Below are positions 8,438 to 16,566 of a DNA stretch of 64,000 nucleotides, one piece after another. Position 1 is the first letter of the stretch, and each line of letters begins with the position of its first letter. The translations under genes and the position numbers were made by a program. The stretch is from a virus: the IMG/VR virus record IMGVR_UViG_3300048672_000851, positions 13,495 through 77,494 of that record; one strand, given 5' to 3'. Under the pieces are notes generated by a model. That model saw only the letters and a program-made list of their open reading frames with translations. It was not told the origin of the DNA and ran no database searches.

Positions 8438-8452
8438 TCTGAGATAATAATT

Positions 8453-8632
8453 ATGAAAGATTTACTTTTTGCTTATATTGAGCTTAATTCCGTTTTGGAT
8501 TACACCCACACAGATAAATACGTTGAAGTTAGAGAATTGATTATTCAATTTAATCAGGATATGTCCACTAACTTTGATCCAGACAATACTACCTTGGAAT
8601 ACCTGTCTTATGATCACTCCTTTAGATCTTGA
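8453..8632 (+). CDS. 59-aa acidic hypothetical protein, not in ORF track
   Basis: Hand translation MKDLLFAYIELNSVLDY...SYDHSFRS; first ORF after the hairpin promoter. Confidence 0.55.
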   Translation: MKDLLFAYIELNSVLDYTHTDKYVEVRELIIQFNQDMSTNFDPDNTTLEYLSYDHSFRS

Positions 8633-8966
8633 TCAAGTTACCTTTCTTGCTTCTATTCAATGTCCAGTTGTACTTAAATTAAATCAGTTTCAAGATTTAA
8701 TTGACATCTACAAAGCCAAAAATCTTATCAAGATTGATGTTAAAAAAACTGTAGAAAACAAAGTTACTTCTTATCTTGCTTTAGGTGATATTCAATTCTG
8801 CTTTGAAGAAGAATCACAGTTATTGGGTAAAACAAAAATCCATACCATTAAAGCTACAGAGTATCTAATAGGAAACTATGTTGATGCTATTAAATCTGAA
8901 TTAGCTTATTTGGGTTACAAAGAAGAAAGACTTCAAATCTCAGGGGATGACTTGTTTGATGATTGA
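8610..8966 (+). CDS. hypothetical protein
   Basis: ORF track 8574-8966; first ATG at 8610. Confidence 0.7.
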   Translation: MITPLDLDQVTFLASIQCPVVLKLNQFQDLIDIYKAKNLIKIDVKKTVENKVTSYLALGDIQFCFEEESQLLGKTKIHTIKATEYLIGNYVDAIKSELAYLGYKEERLQISGDDLFDD

Positions 8967-8976
8967 GGCTTAAATT

Positions 8977-9369
8977 ATGTCTATAGGTGAATATAACTAC
9001 ACTCTTGTTAAGATGTTTCCTGAGATTTACTGGATTAATGAAAAATCCAGAATCAAATTTAATTCACAAGAAGAAGTAATAGATTTTCTTGCTGCTTATA
9101 TCTTAGATTGTGGCTATAACAATCAATCCGTTTATATTAAGTTTTATGAAAGATACTTAATATATTTTAGATCTTCACTTGGGTATATTCCTGTGTTTTT
9201 GTTAAAAGAACACTCTAAAATTAAAACAAGTAGTTTCTCTGACTTTATTGCTTTAACACTACCTTCAATTAATACTTTTAGTTGTGAAGAAATAAGACAT
9301 CTTATAGCTGAAAAAATAAAAGAAAAAGATCGAGCGTTATTTGATTACCTTTTAAGTAGAGGAAATTAA
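8977..9369 (+). CDS. FP[DE][IV]YW paralogue family member 1
   Basis: YTLVKMFPEIYW...DFLAAYILD...IAEKIKEKDRALFDYLLSR. Confidence 0.8.
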   Translation: MSIGEYNYTLVKMFPEIYWINEKSRIKFNSQEEVIDFLAAYILDCGYNNQSVYIKFYERYLIYFRSSLGYIPVFLLKEHSKIKTSSFSDFIALTLPSINTFSCEEIRHLIAEKIKEKDRALFDYLLSRGN

Positions 9370-9732
9370 ATGTCACACAGTTACTATCAACTCACTAAAA
9401 TGTTTCCTGATGTTTATTGGAAAGATGGTAAACCAACTATCCCATTTATTTCTGATACAGAATTAGTAGATTTTTTAGTTGAATATGTCCTAGATAACTA
9501 TGAAGAAGATTCCGGTATTTATATTTCCAAAAATGAATTGCTATCAAAATACAAAAACACAGGAAACACAAAATTTAATTGTGTCTGGAATGGGCGTACA
9601 GCAATAAACGGTTTTCTTATAGAACTAGGACTCAATAACCCAGTTTTTCTTAGAAAAAGCGCAGCAAATCGAATAAAAGAGTTAAATCCAGTAGTACATG
9701 AAATACTTTCTATTAGAGAGAAAACAACATAA
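9370..9732 (+). CDS. FP[DE][IV]YW paralogue family member 2
   Basis: YQLTKMFPDVYWKDGKP...DFLVEYVLD...AANRIKELNPVVHEILSIR. Confidence 0.8.
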   Translation: MSHSYYQLTKMFPDVYWKDGKPTIPFISDTELVDFLVEYVLDNYEEDSGIYISKNELLSKYKNTGNTKFNCVWNGRTAINGFLIELGLNNPVFLRKSAANRIKELNPVVHEILSIREKTT

Positions 9733-10166
9733 TGACACCTAAACAGTTTTATCAAGCTTCTTGTTTATTTCCAGATATTTACTGGCCTAATGGTAGACCT
9801 ATAGTTCAATTTGATAAAAAATCAGAAGTAGGTGAGTTTGTTATTCTTTATTTAAAGGATTGCTATTTAGTAGACACATGGGTAGCTATAGAAGAACTAG
9901 CTTCAAAAAGAAGTTTTTCTATTTATCGAATGTCAGGTACTCATCTTTTACGCAAACAATTGCCTGTGTTCCTGCAAAGCGATAACGGTTATTTCAGTAA
10001 CTTAATTACAGCACTGCTTTCAAATAAAAACATAGATCCAGAAGAAGTTAAAGAAAGTATAGCTATTGATTTAAGAAACAACCACCCAGAAATCTTTAAT
10101 GTATTACATGAAAGATATATATCTATAATGTTAAAGAGTGACAATAAACATGGTTATGGAATCTAA
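9732..10166 (+). CDS. FP[DE][IV]YW paralogue family member 3
   Basis: QFYQASCLFPDIYWPNGRP...EFVILYLKD...IAIDLRNNHPEIFNVLHERY. Confidence 0.8.
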   Translation: MTPKQFYQASCLFPDIYWPNGRPIVQFDKKSEVGEFVILYLKDCYLVDTWVAIEELASKRSFSIYRMSGTHLLRKQLPVFLQSDNGYFSNLITALLSNKNIDPEEVKESIAIDLRNNHPEIFNVLHERYISIMLKSDNKHGYGI

Positions 10167-10509
10167 TCAAGAAATCATTGATAACTTGTATTTTGTATAT
10201 AAGTTAACTAATGATCCAAAGTGTATTGATATTCCAATAGATTTCCCTAAACGCTTTACTGAAGATGAAATGTTTAGTTTTATTAAGCTGCTTGGTATAG
10301 CGGGTATGGTAGCGCGTAGAATATCTAAAGCTAAACACTTTACCAATACACTTTATCAATTTAACGATAAGTTTAATTTTCAATATCGAGTACAAAATAG
10401 TAAATCTCTTGTTAGCTTTTTAAGTGATAACAATACCGCTGACTTAGATGACAACTACTTAACTGTAAGCGATTCTCTTGTTGAATACTTCTTTAAGGGT
10501 AAAGTGTAA
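10138..10509 (+). CDS. hypothetical protein inside the paralogue array
   Basis: ORF coupled to both neighbours; start uncertain. Confidence 0.7.
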   Translation: MTINMVMESNQEIIDNLYFVYKLTNDPKCIDIPIDFPKRFTEDEMFSFIKLLGIAGMVARRISKAKHFTNTLYQFNDKFNFQYRVQNSKSLVSFLSDNNTADLDDNYLTVSDSLVEYFFKGKV

Positions 10510-10958
10510 TGTCTCCTGAGCAATTCTATAAAGCTTCATGCTTATTTCCTGAAATCTATTGGCCAAGCGGTGTACCTATAGTTACGTATGAGCATATGGA
10601 TGATGTTCTTGAATTCATGTGTTTATATGTATTGGATTACGGTCAATTAGATCAATCCATTCAAATAAAAACAACTATAGGAAGTGATAAAGTTCATCCT
10701 TATGTTTTTAGAACAAGAAAAGCTTTTAATAAACATGAGTTTTTAGAGCCAGCTTTTATACGGATGAATAAAGCATTAAGTGCATCTTTAATGTACAGTA
10801 CTATGGAATTCAATCAGTTGATTTTAAAATTGTACCAACCCAAATCTATAGAAGATGCAGATTACCTCTCCACCTCTAAGTACAGATTAGCTAAATTAAT
10901 TCAAGAAAGGGACAGAAACTTATATGACACCCTTGTTGATAGATACTTATTTTCCTAA
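10509..10958 (+). CDS. FP[DE][IV]YW paralogue family member 4
   Basis: QFYKASCLFPEIYWPSGVP...EFMCLYVLD...LAKLIQERDRNLYDTLVDRY. Confidence 0.8.
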   Translation: MSPEQFYKASCLFPEIYWPSGVPIVTYEHMDDVLEFMCLYVLDYGQLDQSIQIKTTIGSDKVHPYVFRTRKAFNKHEFLEPAFIRMNKALSASLMYSTMEFNQLILKLYQPKSIEDADYLSTSKYRLAKLIQERDRNLYDTLVDRYLFS

Positions 10959-11367
10959 CTTTGCTTGGTTAAGGAAATTTCATCCAGAAGTGTATGGATT
11001 CAATGTAGTATCTTTTGAGTTATCTCCTGATGATGCTTCCAGAATGATAATTGATTTCATAGTAGAGAAGCTTGAAAATAGTTTAACTGTTGTAATTGCA
11101 CTATCAGAAGACGGAAAAAAAGTTATTTCTGCGGAGGTGTACAACGGTATAGTTAAACTTGGTTCAATAAATTATATCTTTGCAAGATTTATTTACACTG
11201 AATTTCCAAAACCACATAGTTTTTTATTTGATGTAGAAAAGGTTAGGAAATTGGTTTTAATTAGTCTTCGTACTGACCCTAGAACAAAAGATCATCCATA
11301 TATAACTTACCAAGAATACCCTAAACCTTTTTCTACATACGTATTAGGCGACTTCCATGACAAATGA
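10924..11367 (+). CDS. possible divergent member 5 of the paralogue family
   Basis: FAWLRKFHPEVYG...IIDFIVEKLE resembles the family N-terminus. Confidence 0.65.
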   Translation: MTPLLIDTYFPNFAWLRKFHPEVYGFNVVSFELSPDDASRMIIDFIVEKLENSLTVVIALSEDGKKVISAEVYNGIVKLGSINYIFARFIYTEFPKPHSFLFDVEKVRKLVLISLRTDPRTKDHPYITYQEYPKPFSTYVLGDFHDK

Positions 11368-11680
11368 AGAATTAGAACAAGAGATAGAACATATTAAAAT
11401 GCTCCTGTCTCTCAATGTTCCCATTGTGTTTGATCCAGTAAATAAAATTTATGATGCTCTTGCAGCAGCTACTTTATTTGCAGCAATACAAGCTGCAAAA
11501 TTAGACAATAAAAACATTATTGTTGGGTTCAACACAGAAAAAACAGTTAATTATGTTTTTGCTCGTAATTTAACTCTTAATGAATTCACTAACAAATTAA
11601 ACGTAAATTTAAAGGTCACTACAGATGAACTACGCAGAACTACTGTATCGGATTATATTGTCGATGTTGACCTCGGTTGA
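11357..11680 (+). CDS. hypothetical protein
   Basis: ORF overlapping the previous stop. Confidence 0.7.
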   Translation: MTNEELEQEIEHIKMLLSLNVPIVFDPVNKIYDALAAATLFAAIQAAKLDNKNIIVGFNTEKTVNYVFARNLTLNEFTNKLNVNLKVTTDELRRTTVSDYIVDVDLG

Positions 11681-11840
11681 GGTCTTGTTAGTTACAGATA
11701 GTAACTTACTCGCTTATTTTACTTTAGGCTTCTTGGCTTTTTATGCGTCTATTGATTTAATCATAGTGCCGTATGAGGCATACCTTTATTCATTGGAATT
11801 GGATGACTATGAAGATGACGTACAAAGATACAATAAGTGA
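11625..11840 (+). CDS. putative membrane protein
   Basis: Hydrophobic LLAYFTLGFLAFYASIDLIIVPY segment and acidic tail; start uncertain. Confidence 0.45.
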   Translation: MNYAELLYRIILSMLTSVEVLLVTDSNLLAYFTLGFLAFYASIDLIIVPYEAYLYSLELDDYEDDVQRYNK

Positions 11841-12027
11841 AATTCAAGTAGCAAAAAATAGAACAGTTGTTTATCAACTACTTTCTAAAGCAGGTATTGA
11901 AGCTGGTGGTATTGGTAATTCTATTTCTCGTTTAATTAGCAAAGCAGTAAGAGATAAAGATTATCAATTAGGTGTTCTATTAAGAACAGCTAAAGCCAGA
12001 TTAGACCAATTGGAGAACATCCAATGA
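11773..12027 (+). CDS. hypothetical protein
   Basis: ORF; true start probably further downstream. Confidence 0.6.
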   Translation: MRHTFIHWNWMTMKMTYKDTISEIQVAKNRTVVYQLLSKAGIEAGGIGNSISRLISKAVRDKDYQLGVLLRTAKARLDQLENIQ

Positions 12028-12212
12028 CAAAATCAATGCTATCAAATATGAGTGTGGATGAATTAGCTAAACAAATTTTAGGTAATAAAGATCCCACATT
12101 CGATTACAAAACTGCTGCTGAAATCCTTGCTGCTAAAACCCAAATCCTTTCATTCCATTACAAACAGCTAGAACATGACGTACAAGTTTTAGCTTCTAAT
12201 ACCAATCGTTAA
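12024..12212 (+). CDS. hypothetical protein
   Basis: SD GGAG; ATGA overlap. Confidence 0.7.
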   Translation: MTKSMLSNMSVDELAKQILGNKDPTFDYKTAAEILAAKTQILSFHYKQLEHDVQVLASNTNR

Positions 12213-12218
12213 ATAAAC

Positions 12219-12239
12219 AGGGTCGGCTCCGCCGACTCT
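12219..12239 (+). promoter_or_regulatory. N4 vRNAP-type hairpin promoter
   Basis: (agg)gtcggc-TCC-gccgac(tct) in the intergenic gap before the AAA ATPase. Confidence 0.6.
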
Positions 12240-12264
12240 TATAAACATCCCAAAGGAAAACACC

Positions 12265-13455
12265 ATGTCTAGTATTAACTTTGATTTAAATTATGATCAG
12301 TGCAAAGAACAAGTAAAAATGGTTCTTAAAGCTGGTTTGGTTCCAATGATTGAATCAGCGCCGGGAATCGGTAAATCTTCAATGATGCGTGAAATCGCTG
12401 AAGAACTGGATTTATTCCTGATTGACGAACGTATCTCTACTCGTGAACCGTCAGATATGACTGGTTACGTGTTACCTACAGACAGCGTGGATTTAAACGG
12501 TAATCCATTCAAACAAATCCAAACTGCCCCTCTGGACATTTGGCCACTGGAACACACTCCATTACCAATCAACCCAAAAACAGGCCAACCATATAAAGGC
12601 TGGTTGATCTTCTTGGATGAATTACGTTCAGCTACTCCTGCTGCACAAGCTGCCTGTTACCGTGTCCTGTTAGACCGTGAAATCGGCAACAAGAAGCTGC
12701 ATAAGCGTGTTCTGTTGGCTGCTGCATCTAACCGTATGGAAGACAACGCTGTTGTTCATGACGCTGGTACAGCAATGCAATCACGTTTGACTTGGTTGGG
12801 TTTACGTTCAGATTTAGACATCTGGATCAACAACGTAGCTATTGGCCGTAGTCTGGATGCTCGTGTAACTGCTTTCGTACAGTGGAAAGGCATTCAAGCA
12901 CTGAACAACTTCAACCCAGATCACCAAGAAAAAACATTCACTTGTGAACGTACTTGGGAAATGGCCAGCAAGATTTTGAAGAAAAACTTCCCACAAGTCG
13001 GCCCGATTCCTAACGAGTATGCTGCTGTATTCGTAGGTACAATCGGTCAAAGCATGGCTTTGGAATTCATCGCATTCACTCAAATTTACTCTAATTTAGT
13101 GACATTTGATGATATTGTACAAAACCCATTAGGTGTAGCAGTTGACGTTAACCGTCCTGACATTATGTTTGCTACCGTGTCTAACATTCAAAGTAATTTG
13201 AATGCAAGCAACATGGGTACTGCGCTTGATCCAGTAATGAAATTCATTAACCGCGTTGGTATTGAATTCCAAGCACTTGTTGTACAACACATTTTACGTA
13301 CTGACCCTATGGTTGCACGTACAAACAATGAAGTTGTTACTTGGATTAGCCAGAAACAAACTTTCTTGAACAATAAACGTGCTCAGGTACAGGCAATTCC
13401 AATGCCACCACAACCATCAACACAAGATGATGACGATGCCCCTGATGCACCGTGA
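12265..13455 (+). CDS. MoxR-like AAA+ ATPase (N4 gp24-like)
   Basis: Walker A SAPGIGKS, Walker B LIFLDE, sensor AASN, TCERTWE. Confidence 0.9.
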   Translation: MSSINFDLNYDQCKEQVKMVLKAGLVPMIESAPGIGKSSMMREIAEELDLFLIDERISTREPSDMTGYVLPTDSVDLNGNPFKQIQTAPLDIWPLEHTPLPINPKTGQPYKGWLIFLDELRSATPAAQAACYRVLLDREIGNKKLHKRVLLAAASNRMEDNAVVHDAGTAMQSRLTWLGLRSDLDIWINNVAIGRSLDARVTAFVQWKGIQALNNFNPDHQEKTFTCERTWEMASKILKKNFPQVGPIPNEYAAVFVGTIGQSMALEFIAFTQIYSNLVTFDDIVQNPLGVAVDVNRPDIMFATVSNIQSNLNASNMGTALDPVMKFINRVGIEFQALVVQHILRTDPMVARTNNEVVTWISQKQTFLNNKRAQVQAIPMPPQPSTQDDDDAPDAP

Positions 13456-13463
13456 GGTGAACC

Positions 13464-14603
13464 ATGTCTAAAACAACAATGGACTTAGCTGCACAAGCTT
13501 GGGATCAAACAAAATTCTTCTTTGCGACGGACACTAAATCAGTGTTCGTCTCAACGATTTTGTTTAACATGAATTTCTTTTGGGAACCAAAAATCCCAAC
13601 TGCATGTACCAATGGCTTAGATTTATACGTTAATCCAGACTTTCTATTAAGTCTTCAACCGGATGAACGTGTATTCTTAGCAGCACATGAAGTATGGCAT
13701 GTAGCCTTCAATCATGTTACTCGACTGGAAACCAGAAATCCTTATTGCTGGAACAGAGCAGCAGACCATGCAATTAACTTAATGTTAAAGCAGCAAGGTT
13801 ATGCTGTTCCAGCATTTGCATTGTGTGATCAACAGTTCACTGGTATGCAAGCGGAAGATATTTATGAGATCTTAATTCTTGATCCAGAAAATAGTAAGCC
13901 GTTTGACCACAGTGACATGCAATACCAAAACCCAAATACGAATCCAGCTAATGTACAGCAAATCAATAACACAATTTTGAAAGCTAGTACTGCTGCTTCG
14001 TTAAAAGGTCAAGGTGGAACAGTCCCAAGCACCATTACATCTACAATCCAAGAAATCATTACACCAGTAATTAACTGGAAAGTGTTGTTTCAACGATTTG
14101 TGCAAATGGTAGCTAAGGTTGATTACTCATTCAAAAAGTACAACAGACGTTACTTCCCTCATGCAATTTTACCTACTTTGTCAGGTGAAAAAGTTAAAGA
14201 AATGGTTGTAGCTTATGATTCATCTGGTTCAGTATCAGATGATGACTTAAGAGCATTCTTGGGTCAAACCAACAAAGCAAGAACCATTCTACAACCTGAG
14301 AAAACAACAATGTTAATGTTTGACACTAGTGTCCGTGACGTTAAGGTGTTTCCTCAGAATAAACCAGCGAAGTATGTAGACTTTACTGGCAGAGGTGGTA
14401 CTGACCCTAGTTGTGTTTTTGAATACCTCAAAGAAAACAACATCAATCCAGTGTGTTTAGCAATCTTTAGTGATATGGATTTTCAACCATTGGATATTTC
14501 ATTCAGACCAAAATACCCCGTATTGTGGGTTAGTTATAAAGCTTACGGCAAACCAGAAGTTAACTTCGGCCAACTTGTGATTATGCCAGAGGAAAAAAAA
14601 TGA
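13464..14603 (+). CDS. DUF2201-like metallopeptidase / vWA domain protein (N4 gp25-like)
   Basis: TACTNG, HEVWH zincin motif, MIDAS DSSGS, GRGGTD. Confidence 0.9.
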   Translation: MSKTTMDLAAQAWDQTKFFFATDTKSVFVSTILFNMNFFWEPKIPTACTNGLDLYVNPDFLLSLQPDERVFLAAHEVWHVAFNHVTRLETRNPYCWNRAADHAINLMLKQQGYAVPAFALCDQQFTGMQAEDIYEILILDPENSKPFDHSDMQYQNPNTNPANVQQINNTILKASTAASLKGQGGTVPSTITSTIQEIITPVINWKVLFQRFVQMVAKVDYSFKKYNRRYFPHAILPTLSGEKVKEMVVAYDSSGSVSDDDLRAFLGQTNKARTILQPEKTTMLMFDTSVRDVKVFPQNKPAKYVDFTGRGGTDPSCVFEYLKENNINPVCLAIFSDMDFQPLDISFRPKYPVLWVSYKAYGKPEVNFGQLVIMPEEKK

Positions 14604-15907
14604 CACTAGTTCTTACCGCAGACCAGCAAAACTTAGTGCAAGAGTTTGAAAAATTCTTGTTAGACCCCGTAAGAAAACGTTTTATTATTAACGGTAAGCC
14701 CGGCTGTGGTAAGACTACTATTCTTCCGATTCTCGAAGAAAGAGCACATGATTTAACCCAGTTTCTGAATAAGTTACTGGGTGAAAATCAACGCATTGCC
14801 GTTCAATACACAGCTACAACCAATAAAGCTGTAGAAGCCCTGTCTGAAAAGATTCCTGATCCAGCAAATGAAATCTGCACAATCCATTCCTTCTTAGGTT
14901 TGATTGTACGTGATGACTATGCTACTGGTACTTCCAAATTAGTTAAAACCAACAATTACAAAGTACATAGTAATGTACTGTTATTCATTGATGAAATGTC
15001 AATGGCTAATACAGAGTTATTAACTATCATTGATCAATCAACAATTGACTCAAAAGTTGTATTCATTCTTGATCAAAACCAAATTCTCCCAGTATTTGAG
15101 AACAGTATTCCATTACTGTCTCGTTATCAAGTTGACGTAAACCTAACTCAAATTGTACGTCAAAAGCAATTGTCTTGTGGCTCTATTCATCCAATTGCTA
15201 AGTTAACTGAAGACCTATGGAATACAGTTAACAACAAAGAAGATTTACCTGATTTAATGCAGTATGTTGATAATCAACACATCTTTCATTTAAAAGGTGC
15301 AGCATTAAAATCAGCAATGGAAACTGAGTTTGATAAACCAGACTCAGAACATAACTGCCGTATCTTGGCTTGGACTAACAAGAAAGTTAACCAATACAAT
15401 GCATTTATTCGTAAATACAAAGGTAAGCCAGTTGAAATTGAGAAAGGCGAATTCCTCATTGCAAATGAAGCAGTAACTAGTAACGATGTAACTATCATCT
15501 CTAACCAAGAAGAAGTTTACATTACTAGTGCCACTGAAGTCTTAACAGATGACTTAGGTATTCAATTCCAAAAGCTATCTGCTAGAACAAAAAGAGGCAC
15601 TTACCTCGTAAAACGTGCCTTAGACCAAGATCATCTCAATAAGTGGATTAACTACTATGCCAAACTAAAAGACTGGCCTAAGTATTTTCAACTTAAAAAA
15701 GATTACTCAGATTTACGTATGGTTTATTCAAGTACCGTGCATAAATCACAAGGGAGTACATACGAAGCTGTATTTCTAGATTTAAGTGATATTTGTTCCA
15801 ATAACAAATTGGAAGAAGTAAGACGACTAATCTTGGTTGGTTCATCAAGACCAACACAACGTTTGTACTTAACAGGTGAAATCCCTAAAAAGTATTTAAA
15901 GGTGTAA
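14600..15907 (+). CDS. Dda/RecD-like SF1B DNA helicase
   Basis: GKPGCGKT, TIHSFL, DEMSM, QIVRQ and TVHKSQGSTY motifs. Confidence 0.92.
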   Translation: MTLVLTADQQNLVQEFEKFLLDPVRKRFIINGKPGCGKTTILPILEERAHDLTQFLNKLLGENQRIAVQYTATTNKAVEALSEKIPDPANEICTIHSFLGLIVRDDYATGTSKLVKTNNYKVHSNVLLFIDEMSMANTELLTIIDQSTIDSKVVFILDQNQILPVFENSIPLLSRYQVDVNLTQIVRQKQLSCGSIHPIAKLTEDLWNTVNNKEDLPDLMQYVDNQHIFHLKGAALKSAMETEFDKPDSEHNCRILAWTNKKVNQYNAFIRKYKGKPVEIEKGEFLIANEAVTSNDVTIISNQEEVYITSATEVLTDDLGIQFQKLSARTKRGTYLVKRALDQDHLNKWINYYAKLKDWPKYFQLKKDYSDLRMVYSSTVHKSQGSTYEAVFLDLSDICSNNKLEEVRRLILVGSSRPTQRLYLTGEIPKKYLKV

Positions 15908-15908
15908 C

Positions 15909-16556
15909 ATGTCAGTCAAACTAGATTCTATTCTTTGGTATGACGCAAATGCATCAGAGCAACTATCATGCCAATCTGGTGTTATGCTTTATGTAATGGA
16001 GTACATTAAAAAGCTAGTACGTCCTACAGTTCAGCGATTTGATTTTAGAGTATCAACTGGTTTGTCATTTCATTTTGTTGAATATAACGGTTCATACTAC
16101 AACGTATCTGGAATACATGACTATTATTTTATTTCTAAACATGATTACACTATTTTAGTGTCAAGAAAAGATTCTTGTTCTAGTTCATCTTCTATAGTCA
16201 GAATGCTGTCTGATAAAGACTTTTGGGTTTTACCTTATTCAGAATTAAATCAAGAAGCTAGAAATCTCTTTTTAAAGATTAAAGAGTTAATTGATTTATC
16301 TGAAAATCTGTATTCTTACTTATGCAGAATAGTGAATCTCTTTAAGAATCAAAATCCAAAGGAAATGCACTACAGGATCAGACAATTAAACTTCCAGCCT
16401 GTCATTCCTTTCAATCTGCCGTATGCTAGTGAAACATTTTCAGAGCAGTTAACCCAACAAGAAATTGAAAAGTTCAACACCCACAAAAAGTTCTTTTTTA
16501 CTTCTTCAGAAGAAAATAAACTTGCTCAGGAAATGCTCATTTACCAGCTAATCTGA
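15909..16556 (+). CDS. hypothetical protein (positional N4 gp38 equivalent)
   Basis: ORF between helicase and polymerase. Confidence 0.7.
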   Translation: MSVKLDSILWYDANASEQLSCQSGVMLYVMEYIKKLVRPTVQRFDFRVSTGLSFHFVEYNGSYYNVSGIHDYYFISKHDYTILVSRKDSCSSSSSIVRMLSDKDFWVLPYSELNQEARNLFLKIKELIDLSENLYSYLCRIVNLFKNQNPKEMHYRIRQLNFQPVIPFNLPYASETFSEQLTQQEIEKFNTHKKFFFTSSEENKLAQEMLIYQLI

Positions 16557-16566
16557 TGGAGAACAA

